Positions 1 to 13,162 are shown, numbered from the stretch's first letter. The stretch is 64,000 nucleotides of DNA from Aplysia californica (GCF_000002075.1 NW_004797302.1:954783-1018782), one strand, 5' to 3'. Notes: generated from the letters alone by a model not told the origin. Program-made: numbers and translations.

Positions 1-245
1 AGAGAGAGAGAGAGAGAGAGAGAGAGCAAGAGAGACTAAAAGAAAGGAGAAATAGAGAGAGTGAGTGAGAAGGGGAGTGAAAGAGATTGAGAGAGGGGGA
101 AGAGAGGGGGTGAGAGAGACGTAGAGAGAAGGGGGGGGGAGAAGAGGGGAACATGAAGACAGAAAGAGGTAGAGAGAAAAAGAGAGAGAGAAAGAAAGAA
201 AAGAAAGAAAGAAAAGAAAGAAAGAAAAGAAAGAAAGAAAAAAAG
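1..245. repeat. (GA)n / (GAAA)n purine-rich microsatellite
   Basis: Seen directly. Confidence 0.9.
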
Positions 246-350
246 GAAATCTGTCAAAAATCCGCCAGCAAGATCGATTGGCTCCAGATCCAGGTGATTG
301 GGGTTTGACTCACGGCATGATGACCTCACCACTCACCTCCACATGAGAGC

Positions 351-614
351 ATGCTAGAGGTAGTGAGCAAAATCCTAACAATCTATCCGGATAACCGGAT
401 AACTCTCAATGAAACATTATCCGAATTCAAACTATTATCTCTCTTTCCCATCCGTTTGTCGGGGTGGGGGCCCCCATTTGTTGAAGTGATGCTGATCCGC
501 TTGTCGAAGTAGTTCTAACCCATTAGCTGAAGCGGTTCATAACATATTATTTGCCGAAGATGTGCACTAGTATATTATCCGGACTTTACTTCAGCGACTC
601 ATTGCCCAGCCCTA
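351..614. mobile_element. Short hAT-like non-autonomous element
   Basis: Right end reads TAGGGCTGGGCAA on -, left end degenerate TAGAGG; ATGAGAGC at 343-350 and 615-622 (8-bp TSD-like); internal TATCCGGA repeats. Confidence 0.5.
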
Positions 615-1430
615 ATGAGAGCCCGCTCACTTCCACACGAAAAGAGCCACTCACTTCCAGTTCTTCCAGCCCTTTGTTGACAGGGACGCCGAAGGAACAA
701 TTGGGTGATGTTTAGTTTACTAGATCTAGATCTAGATCTAATAAAATAAAGTGCACAATCGCAATCAATGACAACTGCACAGTTTCTTCGTAGACGCCAG
801 GATTCTATAAGATTTTTTTTTCATTTATAAAAATATTTTTGAAATATTATTTTTATTTTCGTTTTGTCTTTGGTTTTTATTTTTTGCTTTGTTTTATTTC
901 CTTTTGTTTTGTTTTATGGTTGTTTTAGTTTAATTGTAGGCAGAGTTTTACGGTACTTGAAACACACTTAGGTCATGTAGGTGTCGGAAGATTAGAGATG
1001 TTATTAGATAAATGCAAACAAAGAATTTTAAAAAAAGATGAGAGATTATGACGACAGATGTTCGATAGCAAAGAAGGAACAAACTGAACCAACCACCTAT
1101 ACACCTATAGATAGGTCTATGCCAGTAAGAGAGAAATGTGACTCGGTGTAAAGAAAAATGCCAGTTTACTTACAGTTATATATATTCAATAATCAACGAG
1201 AAATGTCAAAACTGCAATTAATGTTTAATGTGTCCCGCGCGATTATATGACGCAAGCAGTTGCGAGTGCAGTAAAACACTTACCCCCCCCCCCCCAATAA
1301 AAACAACACTTCGATAAAAGCTAGATATAATATTGTGCAAGTTGGCGTTTATCTGAGTCTTGCACACAGCCACCAATTTGTGCTCTTGGACAAAACATTT
1401 TAAGGTTTAATGTGTCTGAACTTGGACTTA

Positions 1431-1982
1431 GGGGCTCTCATGGCCTAGAGGTTAAGGTGTCTGCCTCTCATTCATTAGGTCCCAGGTTCAAATCCGGATA
1501 GTGACGACAACTTCTCTTCTCTAAAATGTTCTCCTTTCAGATTCTTTCCTGCTCTCTAACAATGTTCTGTCGTCTGCTTTCGTCTCCACGTTCTGCTCCC
1601 ACCCCCTCAACTTCTTTGTCCCCTCCTCTGAGCTCCTGACTCTTTCTGCAGCCGTTCTACCTCTACTCCTTGGCTCTTTCTTCCTGCTGTCTTTCAGCCA
1701 CACCCCTGATCTTATGGTAGGTAAGATCTAACATCTACCTTCTCGGATAAGGACGAAAGATTTTGGATGTCCCCTGTGCAAGTTGCGTACGTTAAAGATC
1801 CAATGGTGGTCCTAAATCGATTAGAATAAGTTTCGGCTGCCACCAGGGTCAAATTCAAAATTTTCTACCAACTGAAAATGTTTAGTGTGTCCCGCGCGCT
1901 CACATGACCTTATGCAGTTGCGGGCACCGTAAAACACGTACCAAAAACAAACAAAAAACAAAATCAAAACAAAAACAAAAAA
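1431..1982 (+). mobile_element. tRNA-derived SINE with Deu/Nin-type central domain, full length
   Basis: A box TGGCCTAGAGG, B box GGTTCAAATCC; core TCGGATAAGGACG...CGTTAAAGATCC...; A-rich tail; TSD-like GAAYTTGGACTT on both sides. Confidence 0.8.
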
Positions 1983-2079
1983 GAATTTGGACTTGCTTAG
2001 TTCCCTTGTCCAGCCCAGATACCAAATGTCCACAAAGACTTGCCACTTGCCATGAACGAGGATAACTCTTTGATTAATT

Positions 2080-2108
2080 TAGACAGACAGACAGACAGAC
2101 AGACAGAT

Positions 2109-2145
<37 letters not shown>

Positions 2146-2530
2146 GGCAGGCAGATAGACAGACAGACAGATCGATAGACAGACAGACAGACAGGGGGAA
2201 AGAGGGAGAGACAAAGTCAGAGAGAAGAGGGGGAGAGTAGGAGTAGGAGGTGGTACAGAGAGAAAGAAAGAAAGAGAACAAGAAAAAGTGTCAGATACAG
2301 TGAGATGGACTGAGGCGGAAAGAGGGGGGCATAGAGAAAAGGGGGAGGAATGAAAGAGAGAAGGTTGAAAGAGAGATACAAAGAGAAAGATAGAGATACA
2401 AAGAGAAAGATAGGGATAGAAAGAAAAAAGGGTGAAGAGGTACATGGAACATGAGAAAGAGAGATACAGAGAAAAAGATAAAGAGAAAAAGGGAAAAGAC
2501 GATAGAGAGATAGGCGGAAAAAAAAGAGAT
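2080..2530. repeat. (CAGA)n microsatellite plus GA-rich low complexity
   Basis: Seen directly. Confidence 0.9.
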
Positions 2531-3699
2531 CGAAGCTGTCCAAATCCGTTCAATAAATCGATATCTCCCAATGCAGGCCAGGTGACTGAGGTTTGACTCA
2601 TGTCTCCATGACCTCATCGCCGCTCACGTGCACAGCCCACAGGCGCCACTCACCACACAGCTGGAAAACAGCTGCACATGGAAAAACTAACGACCGTTGT
2701 TAGTTTGACTATATAAAAATATAATGTAGTTGATGCTTCTAGAGAAGATTAATGCGGTTACATACATTTGAACAAAATTATTCTTTCCACTTTTTTCTTT
2801 TTCTGACTTTAAAAAAATCGGGGGGGGGGGGGTTCTGTNNNNNNNNNNNNNNNNNNNNNNNNNNNNNNNNNNNNNNNNNNNNNNNNNNNNNNNNNNNNNN
2901 NNNNNNNNNNNNNNNNNNNNNNNNNNNNNNNNNNNNNNNNNNNNNNNNNNNNNNNNNNNNNNNNNNNNNNNNNNNNNNNNNNNNNNNNNNNNNNNNNNNN
3001 NNCTTGATACCACAACAAATGTCCCCAAAGACACTGGTGACGACATTTGTAGTTTTGTATTGCAAGTGTCATGCATCCCACAGTCATCTGAATAGATTTC
3101 CAGATTAAAGTTATAACCAAAACGTCTTCATGAATAAAGACACCATGGAACATCTTAAGATATTGTTTCCTTACTTTTCTTTCTTTTTAGTTTTTAATTG
3201 GAAAATGATAAGTGCCCAAGTTAGGTTTCTGATTTGGACTCTTCATTTATATTTAATTTTCTCAAAATTTCGAAAAAATATGACAAGATACGTCTTTATT
3301 GTTCTGATCCTGGCACATTGGTTCGATATCTTTTCATCACAAGCAAGGCAAATGGACAGGCTTTACAACAATACCAATAACTCCATATGTCCCCAAATTG
3401 ACGAACGCCTGATTCCACCGCGTCGTGACACATTTGGTAGCCCTGAGTGCATACATTGTTGCAGCCTGTGCCGCATATACCGCTTTCACTGACATATAAT
3501 TCAGTTTCAGCCCATTGCCAAGCACCCGTTTGAAATTTGAATGAGCTGACGAAAAAATCAGAGTCAAGTACGAGCGTGCATTACTGTTGACAAAAATTGC
3601 AATCTGGCAGAGCAGGGAATCGAACTCACGACATTACCGTCGCAAGCCCAGTGTCATACTGCTAGCATAGAACGTCCCATGGCGTTCCCCATAATGTGT

Positions 3700-5425
3700 T
3701 GAGACATTCCAGGAGAAGTAAAACTGCAGTCATGTAATATGTAACACGTTGATGATGAGTATGACCTTCTGGGAAAAAATTTTAAAACAGTGATAGGGTA
3801 ACGTGTTATTGCTCTTTTTGCTTAGAAGCATCTTCCTAGTCTCTAACAAAAGTATAACTGGTATTTTTTTAATAGCTCAATCGCTGCTTAGAATATTTTC
3901 TTCAGATGGCCTCAATGCCGGACACGTGTGTCACTGCAGTTTTACTCTCTTATGGGAAGAAAAAGACCCTATTGATGACTCATGGCATAAGTTATTGTCA
4001 TCAATTATTCTGAATTACAAGGTCATATAATACAGGTTTTAAACAAAAAATCAAGACATGTGTGGGTTGACTCATCCAAATAATTGTAATCCTTTTCACA
4101 AAACAAAACTCGGTTTCTAATATAATTTTGAAAAAGAGTAAAAAAAAAATTAATACTGTTAGTCACTCGAGAGTGGCGTCGGTAGCCTGGTGGTAAGGCT
4201 ACCGGACTCGTAATCGTGAGATTGCGGGTTTGGGCGTTCGAGCCTCAGCTCGGTCCGACGTTGTGTCCTTGGAAAAGACACTTTACATGAATTTCCCATT
4301 TGACTCGGTCCTTTCGGGGGCGGACCTTAAACTTAGAGGCCCCGCCTCTTGAATAACCTTATAGTGTTGATAGGGGCGTTAAACCCATACCATTTCACCA
4401 TGTTAGAGACGTTCTCCATTTCATCCCTGAGAAGGTAGCCATCTCTCCAGAATTGGGACATTACATTAAAAATGAAACTGCAGTTATAATATGTAACACG
4501 TTGATGATGAGTAGATGAGTACGACCTTCAGGGAAAAAAGGTTAAAGCAGCGATAGATTAACTGTTTATTACCTTTTTATTAGAAGCATTTCCTTCTAAC
4601 AAAAGTATAATTTTTTTTTAAAGGGCAATCAATGCTTAGAATTTTTTTTTTTTTTTTGCAGTTGGCCATCATGTTTCACTTTTGATGAAAAGACCCTATT
4701 GGATGGTTCGTGACGTTTGTGGTCATCAAATATTCTGAATTACAAGGTCATATAATACAGGTTTTAAGAATAAATTCAAGACACTCGTGTGCTGACTCAT
4801 CCAAATAATTACAAGTATCACCCTTTTACAAAACAAAACTCTATTAATGAGGATTTTGAAAAGGAGTAAAACATTTTAAAAAATACAGTTAGTCACTCTA
4901 GAGACGTTCTCCAATTCATCCGTGGGAAGGTAGCCATCCCCCCCAGATTTGGGACATTCCTTAAAAATGAAACTGAAGTTATATGTAACGCGTTGATGAT
5001 GAGTAGATGAGTACGACCTTCTGTGGGAAAAAAGGTTAAAATAGTGATAGAGTAAATGTTTATTACTTTTTTTTGTTAGAAGCATCTCCCTCGAACAAAA
5101 GTATAATTTTTAAAGATAGCTCAATCACTGCTTAGAATTTATTTTTCAGTTGGCCATCATGCCGCATACGTGTGTCACTGCAGTTTTGCTTTTTATGGAA
5201 AGAGAAAGACCCTATTGGGCGACTCACGGTATTTACGATCATCAAATGTTATAAATTACAAGGTCATAAAAAATAGGTCTCAACAAAATATATAAAAAAT
5301 CAAGACACTTGTGTGTTGACTCATCCAGATAATTCTCATCCTTCTCACACTCCAAAACTTTATGTATCTAATGTGCATTTTGAAAAAGGGGTAAACGTAA
5401 AAAAAATACAGTTAGTCACTCAGGA
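3700..5425. repeat. Three diverged tandem copies of a ~500-bp unit, with a SINE at the first junction
   Basis: AAACTG...ATATGTAAC-CGTTGATGATGAGTA recurs near 3721, 4476 and 4970; units end in GTTAGTCACTC. Confidence 0.85.
4172..4400 (+). mobile_element. tRNA-derived SINE (family 2)
   Basis: A box TAGCCTGGTGG, B-box-like GTTCGAGCC, TTGTGTCCTTGGAAAAGACACTTTAC; related copy on - at 62955-63130. Confidence 0.72.
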
Positions 5426-8400
5426 GATCACAATGAGTCATTCATCTTTGCTGTGACAACCAGCAGGCACCCAGCGAGGCTCTGTCGCGTCTTGTCGGAG
5501 CGGGGCGGGGCGGCGCCACTGTGCCAGAATCTCCTGCTGCTTATGTCACAGGGCCGGTATCAATGATTTAGTCCCAGCTCCCAGTACAAGACATGCTCAT
5601 CAGAGTGGCCGCACAAAAGGTGAGTCACGAGGAAACGTCAGCATTAAGTTAAGTCGGTCCTGATTAACTCTTTGGACACAAGCATTCTGGTCATTCGACA
5701 TACGTGTCGCTTTCGGGCACTTTAAAAAAAGAAGCATAGCTTCGTTACATAATTATATATTTATTACACAGGTTTCGGAGGTTCAGCTCTGGCCAGACTG
5801 GTAAAAATCATATGTTACGGAAACAGCAACAAAGAGAAACCATATTTCTGTGTGCGATGGACCTTCGGAGTCTCTTGGGATACGTATAAATGCTGGCAGT
5901 GAAGGCCGCAAGGAAGCTGTTTGCAGGATACATGTATAAACTTATAATGATTTCTAAAATTATATTTTCTTAATCTAAACTTCTTGACATAGAAGACAAC
6001 AATAATATGCACACTATAAGATATGAAAATTCTTCAAGTTTCTGATTTGTGTATGGTGGTTCTAATGTACCACAATATTGCCTTTGGTCTGTGCTGATCA
6101 GACATCAGAATGTTAAATTATGTATTCGCTCCGTCCTCCAGGAGTTAAAGCAGATAAAAAAATATCTTCTGCTGCATTGCAACTGAGAAGTGAGGGGGAC
6201 ATGGGACGGGGGTGGGGGGTGGAGGTACGGTGTGAAGCATAAAGCAAAAATATTCTTTATTTAAAGAGAGTAGGCCATGGCTGTGATCATACGATCTTTT
6301 AAGAGAATTTATGACTCACCTCATTAAAAGAAAAGTGGCCCTTTTTTTACTTCAAATTGTGGTTGGCAATAAAACATTACAAACCACCCTCGCACACTCA
6401 TATACATGTATGACCTTATGCAGTTGCAAGCACCGAAAAACTCTTACTAAACTAAACTAGATCCAAACAAACCATCTGGACGCAATGTGAGCTCAGTGGA
6501 TCTCATGATGGACTATGGAGAGGTTCGAATCCCCATGACGAGGTGTTCTCAACTTGGGTTGTTTTATGAATTTTCAAGGCTCTCCTCCCTTTCCCTTGGT
6601 CCTATAGAGATGGACGTTCAACTCGGAGGACCCGCCTCTTAAATAACCTTGCCATGTTGAAAAGAACGATAAAACCATACTGTTTAGCAACTTTGAACGT
6701 ACCCTAACGAGTCAAATGAGTGGAAGTATTAAATAGCACTGATGACACTAATCTCAGGTGCAATATAATAACATAAATAAGATAACGCTTAAAACTAACA
6801 ATGTCTGACCTCTACTAAATAGTGAATATTATGTAGTGGATTTCATTCTTGGAAGACAGTTTATGATGATAGGTTATCTTTGCACCTTTTCTTCTCTCTC
6901 TTTTTCCTTTCTNNNNNNNNNNNNNNNNNNNNNNNNNNNNNNNNNNNNNNNNNNNNNNNNNNNNNNNNNNNNNNNNNNNNNNNNNNNNNNNNNNNNNNNN
7001 NNNNNNNNNNNNNNNNNNNNNNNNNNNNNNNNNNNNNNNNNNNNNNNNNNNNNNNNNNNNNNNNNNNNNNNNNNNNNNNNNNNNNNNNNNNNNNNNNNNN
7101 NNNNNNNNNNNNNNNNNNNNNGGGAGGAGAAGATTTTGGGATGTTGGATTGTTTTTTAATTCAAAGGGAGACAGCTTGTGGATGGCGGATGGGAAGCGAG
7201 AGAGAAAGTGAAATCGAGAGAGAGAGGGGAGAGAGAGCGGGGGCGAAACAGNNNNNNNNNNNNNNNNNNNNNNNNNNNNNNNNNNNNNNNNNNNNNNNNN
7301 NNNNNNNNNNNNNNNNNNNNNNNNNNNNNNNNNNNNNNNNNNNNNNNNNNNNNNNNNNNNNNNNNNNNNNNNNNNNNNNNNNNNNNNNNNNNNNNGATAG
7401 AGCGAGAATGAAGAGGTATCTAAAGACGAGAAGGAGAGTGAGGAAAATGACATGGATTTAATCTGAACTGCAATATCACTCTACTTTATCGTCGAAGAAC
7501 AAGGAGGAAGCTCATTTCTTCGCTTGCTTGCTTACTCTGGTTCCTATTAACAAACATATTATTTTGATAAGAAGCGGCTATGGCTCCGTTTTTAGAAACT
7601 TTAAACCAATAAACCTGCATGAAATGGGAGAAATTCAACTTTCAGACCACATTATTTTCACATTTCCTTCTATAAAAACTGCTTGGCACGTTCTCTGTTC
7701 CCGCTTGAAATTGTATCTCATGTTGTCCCCTTGTCTTTTTCAAAGAAAACCAGGTGATTTCACAAACGAGATTCAAGAGACAATGTCATTTTGAGATAGG
7801 GTAATGTTGAAATAAGCATTTACTTGTCTAGACATGCAGGCCGAACAGATGAGAATATTATGATTCAAGCACAGCTGCATTGCAACAGCAAAAAAAGAAA
7901 GAAGGAAAAAGAAAGAAAATTTTGTTTTAAAGAAACAAATCCGGTTTATCCAGAGTTGCAGAGGTCNNNNNNNNNNNNNNNNNNNNNNNNNNNNNNNNNN
8001 NNNNNNNNNNNNNNNNNNNNNNNNNNNNNNNNNNNNNNNNNNNNNNNNNNNNNNNNNNNNNNNNNNNNNNNNNNNNNNNNNNNNNNNNNNNNNNNNNNNN
8101 NNNNNNNNNNNNNNNNNNNNNNNNNNNNNNNNNNNNNNNNNNNNNNNNNNNNNNNNNNNNNNNNNNNNNATAAATCAGCACGGGAAAAAAATGTTCTCAT
8201 CCAGATCCAAAGTCAAATAAGTGAGCCAACTGAAGAATATTGACAAAAAAAACAACTACGTTGAGGAGCCCGTACTACTATTCTGTATTTTTAAAATCCA
8301 AACGAAACGACACCGAAACTGAAACGACATTACAACAAAACTAGGCTCCTACTGGTGCCCTCCCTCCCCCCGAAATTTTTTTTTTAAACTCCACTCAAGA

Positions 8401-8769
8401 AAACCCTCTTGATTCTACGCTCTACGATGAATTCATTGAACCAAAACACCAATTGTCGACCCTACTTGTCAATGAGACTGCCCAGTTTGTCACAGGCCCA
8501 GTTTGTCACAATTTCACTTAAGTATTTGAGTATTGATGACAGTCATAATTACAAAACTTTAACACTGTGGTTTTTACTTAAGTTTTTTATTCTCCACCTT
8601 CAAATTGGTGGTGTAGAGATAGTCCCTCTAAAATGTCAATTCATTGAATTCAGCTTCTATTTTTCAATATTTCTTCCTTTTTGAATGCAAATCAAAGCAA
8701 ATTACTCTGTAAAATTTCAAAAATGAAAGTTCTTTCTTTAAAAACAATTGAAAAATAAAATTGAATTCA

Positions 8770-9097
8770 TACAATCAATCAATCATTCATTTACTCTTTT
8801 TGAGAGTGCCAGTGATAACTTCCATCGTGCAGGGCACAGTCGAGGCAACTTGGCCTATGGCAAACTGGCATGCTTCCGTTTTCCTCACTGAGTGGATGTA
8901 AAATGTATGCCATTACATATTGAGTGAGACTAGGCTTGTGACAAACTGGCATGCTTCCCTGACTGAGAAGGAACCAATATCTCAACAGAAAACCCGAGAT
9001 TCTCGATAAAAATTTTAAAATTCTCCCCACACGGGAATCAAAACTGGAGCCGACTGCGCACGACGACGAAGCGTCTTACCGCTGCACCACAGACGCC
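8770..9097 (-). mobile_element. tRNA-derived SINE with (ATTG)n tail
   Basis: Head GGCGTCTGTGGTGCAGCGGTAAG...TTTGATTCCC; internal duplication GGAAGCATGCCAGTTTG; microsatellite tail. Confidence 0.55.
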
Positions 9098-10350
9098 GGT
9101 AAACATCACTGAAACAATCTTTACCTACAACTACAACTACAGCACTCACTAACATTATAGATCTAGTCCTCTTGTTGAAATGTTTCAAGACGACCATCCA
9201 TTGTCGAGGAGAAAATTATGCAGTTGTCTAAATAGGGGGGGGGGGGGGGGGCGCGAAAAGGGGAGAATGGGAAGTTGTCGTTTGTACAGGTGATTGTTTT
9301 GGACAGGAAGGGGGGGGGGGGCTGTTGGAACAGGTGCGAAGGTGCTTAATGTAGTTGTAGTTTCGGTATCATAACTCACTGAGGACACACCAAAGAGGTT
9401 ATATATGGTCGCTTTTAAGCACAAGGGGGCTATCCCGATAAATGCTGTTTTGGGAAAATCGAAGTTAAAGCTGTTTTTTTTTTTTTTAATCCTTATTCAG
9501 TCTCGTTAAAAGACAAGGAGAGTTTTCTCTATAACCAAACAAATATACACACCAATGAAACCAAACTTCTCCTCTAGGTGGGGAATGCCACTTTTGGTAT
9601 AGGTCAAGATTTCTGGAAACCCCCGAAATCTGGGTTAACCCCAAGATGGTTAGCTCGCTTGTCCTTAAATGCGACCATATTTTGTACTGAAGTTTGAGGC
9701 AGTGATGTCGCCCACGTAAACGAACGGGGGCTGCGTGTACCCATTCTGGGACACCGAACCTCAAGGGCAAGACATGCACAGTTCAACATACAGGTGAGTA
9801 CTTTTGGAGACTCACGTGGAGGCGTCTTACGGTCTTATTAGACAATCTACAAGCTTGCACTGAGATATGGGAGCAGAGTGGTGTTTAGTATACTAGAGCC
9901 CGTGCCCGTGGAGAGGGGGTGGGTGCTCAGATTGTTCGTGTACATGGGGGCACGCCGGCCATGCCGATGAAGGTAAGAAACCCTCCATGTCTGACACGTG
10001 TGACGTCACAGTTGAGTGCTCTAGTATTGTAATAATATATAACCTCTTTGGGACACATTTTCTCGCCATTTGACAAAACTTGAAGACGTGTTGTTTGGGG
10101 GCTCTTGAAGCACAAATCCGTTCTTCATACAGATTTCTAAATTCTGTCTCTTTTTTAAAAATCTGAAACTTAAAAAAAAAACTGACAACAACTTAATACA
10201 TGTAGTACACAGTGTGAAATATGCCGACTCGTGTTTCTGAATTTTTTTAAAATTGTGTTTAATGTTTCGAATGTGCCTCAATGTTGCTTTTGGTTTGTTG
10301 CTGATCGTACATATGCTGCTACGTCCATAGATAGTACCGGTAGCCTAAAT

Positions 10351-10788
10351 GTGACACGATGCGGTGGAATCAGGCGTTCGTCAATTTTTGAGGATAGGGA
10401 GTCATTGGTATAGTCTTAAAATTTGTTTATTTGTCTTTCTTTCTGTGAAAAAAATACCCATCTGTCTTGAATAGAAGTCGAAATATTTGCCATTGAAGTA
10501 GGTCAGGGTCGCCTGGTTTCAGAGGTGAAATTAAAGAGAAAATCGCCGCCAAAGTTTGGGGACATCCAAAGCTTGAGAGTCATCGGAAACTAAATTTACG
10601 TTCTTGTGCTTTTGATCAACAGATTTCAGTTTTAAAAAAAGCCACACAGCAGTGTATTTTTTAATGGACATAAAGGGGGAAGAGCCAAAAAATAAAAATT
10701 CCATAAAAATTGCCAAATAGGAAGAAAAATGTCGTTTCCTTTTATTTCATTCTTTTGACGAGCGTCTGATTTGACCACAATGCCTCAC
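10351..10788. mobile_element. ~435-bp TIR MITE, Sola1-like
   Basis: GTG...CAC ends, imperfect TIR with AATCAGGCGCTCGTCAA core, AAAT TSD on both sides. Confidence 0.7.
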
Positions 10789-10929
10789 AAATAGTACATT
10801 GGGCGTTAAGAGGCAGGATAATACACTATTTGTTTTGAGTATGGTTTTATATATTTAAATTTTAAAGATAACGGCGAAATAGAATGTTTTTGCACCTATA
10901 TACGAGTCTTTACCCTAACTCTGAAGGAA

Positions 10930-11449
10930 TATGCTGTACAACGAAGAAACTTAGCAAGTGTGATTTCTATATTTCTATTACGCTGCATGTGGAATTTGGA
11001 GGAAAATCCGAAGAACGGTGCGAGTTGAGAATGTGGTTCTTGAATGCAAAATGATAACACCTGCTGCAGCACGACGATGCTCAAACGCGTAGAGAGCTAT
11101 ATTGGACGTAAACCATAGGCCTACAGCAAGCAGTGTGGCTTTGATATCCGCCCACTCCCTTGGTATTCGCCGGATATTGTACCCTCGGACTTTTCCTTTT
11201 CCTACATCTGAAAAAGTTCTCAAAGGTAAGCGTTTCCATAGTGATGAAAATGTGCAGTGGAGGGAATGGTTTGAGGGTCATTCAAGGTCAAATTATGCTC
11301 AAGGACTTCAGAAGGCCTAACAAAGATGGCAAAAGAGAATCAATTTCCAGGGTGTTTACATAGAGAAGTGGCATTGTGCGTGTCCAATTTCAACTTGCAA
11401 GCATGCTTCTTTCATAGTTAGGTTATAGACTTAGTGGACGCGCCTCGTA
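10930..11449 (+). pseudogene. Decayed mariner transposase 3' fragment and right end
   Basis: Frameshifted YSPDIVPSDF...LKGKRFHSDE...RWQKRINFQGVYIEK (mariner YSPDLAPSD and RWxKC...GxYxEK motifs); ends CCTCG-TA. Confidence 0.8.
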
Positions 11450-12201
11450 TTCTGAACACTCGCTAAACCCCTTTATTGCGGAGACGTTTCCATCAACGTT
11501 GTAAATATGTACACCCTACACACAAGATAAAATCTTCATTGAAGAAATATTCAAATTAAGCCGTAATATTGTTCCCTTATCTACTGAGAACAAATCACAG
11601 TACAAGTCAGCATTACGTTTCCTAAAAATGTCTCTTGAAAACGAGAAGAAAAATGGCAAAGAACCAGTTTGGGATAACAAAAGCGAGTACATGAGCTAGA
11701 TATTATCCACGTCAAGGAAGTCATGAAGTCATGAAGAGGTTTTAGTACAAGTGCCCTTTCGACGAAAGACGTTTCACCTGACCTCTCAAAACAAGTACTC
11801 CGCACCCTCACTTTACCAAGACAAACAACGAAAGCGTTAAAACAAAATAAATGTGTGGAAAGACGATCTCTATTTTAACGGCGATAAAGTCTCAGTGAAA
11901 ACAGTTGTGTGTCTAGTCTTTCAAAGTAAGCTCCACTGACGCATTGTTGCATACTCGCTGTTTCAACACCCCTGTGTTTTCTTAGCTCGTCTCTTCGGCT
12001 ACATTGTGGGTTCTCTAATATGCCCTTACCTTTCTGACTCGTACTGAGCTGTTACCACTCACTGCCATGACGAGAACACTCACACGGTGTGGAGAGATTG
12101 TTGAACGACAAAGGGGCAAGGTCATGTGCTTGGAACTTGGCATGGTCATAATTTCCAGAGTAGCAATATTTCACAAAGTATTTAGAGAAAGAGAGAGGGG
12201 G

Positions 12202-12203
<2 letters not shown>

Positions 12204-12262
<59 letters not shown>
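12204..12262. repeat. (GA)n microsatellite
   Basis: Seen directly. Confidence 0.95.
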
Positions 12263-12265
<3 letters not shown>

Positions 12266-13157
12266 TTCCCGTTTGTTTTATTTAGGGTCTGACACACGTC
12301 ACATCAGAGAGAACTTAGTAATTTCTAATTTAATGGCTTTATTATTCCGTTCCTATAATTTTTTTCTCTCCAAAATCACATCTGAACAAGGCGAATCGCG
12401 GTCTTCACACCAAGACGAGGAAGGTACGCCTATCGTTTGTTTGTCTTAGAGGCTTCGCGGAATCACGCCTTTCGTCTTATGAACAGCTTTCTGGCGAAAA
12501 GGAAGAAACCCCTCGACGCCTCAAAATGAGAGATGGGAATCCAATACGTCATTAGCACCAAACTGCAAGTGTGAAAGGTTGGAAGGGGAGAAACTCTATC
12601 TCAACAACGGTCATAGTTACGTCATCGACCCCGAAGAAGCCAACAGCATTTGCGTGCGCAGCTGGTAACGGAAATCACTGCTCACCGCACACACCGAACG
12701 TTGATGACGTCTGATGTCTGTCGAGAACAGCCGTTATGTTTTCAAATAAGAGAGTTCCAGGACATCGAGATATAAAAAAAGTATACATGTGCGTTATAGC
12801 GCACAAAACTGGAAACATCTGCCGACTTCTCATAGAGCTAAATAACCGGCTAATAATTTGTTGGAAATCTGTTGCTGTCGGGGTAGGCTACTGGGTAGAT
12901 ATTTGTTTATAGTGTGCGGACAAGTGAAAGTTACTTGATTTCTGTGTGATTTCAACTGGTAAATTTTAGCTGGATCTGTGCAAATTAGCGTAACGGTATT
13001 GATCTATTATATATATTATATATTAAAAAATATATCATTTGTTAACGCGCACGCTCTCCCTCAATTCCACCTCTAGTGAGGTTTTAAATACCATTATCTC
13101 GGAGATACCAAGAGAAGACCGTCAGTTCGAGAGCCTTGGACCTGAAACATAACTGTA

Positions 13158-13162
<5 letters not shown>

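Noticed and set aside
1431-1506. tRNA genes at SINE heads (also ~3600-3670, 4172, 9030-9097, 14588, 31268, 45205, 50840, 55015)
   Set aside because: A/B boxes are present but no complete cloverleaf was evident; most continue into SINE bodies
36-2617. Low-complexity ORFs (Ser/Leu/Phe-rich, RQTD repeats)
   Set aside because: Translations of GA and CAGA microsatellites
3745-4020. C/D box snoRNAs in the 500-bp tandem units (ATGATGA...CTGA)
   Set aside because: Spacing is too long, there is no terminal stem, and the D box is not kept in all units
5590-5610. Hammerhead ribozyme core (CTGATGA on -)
   Set aside because: No stem II followed by GAAA at the required position
2687-8243. ORFs containing X runs
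   Set aside because: Artefacts of N gaps
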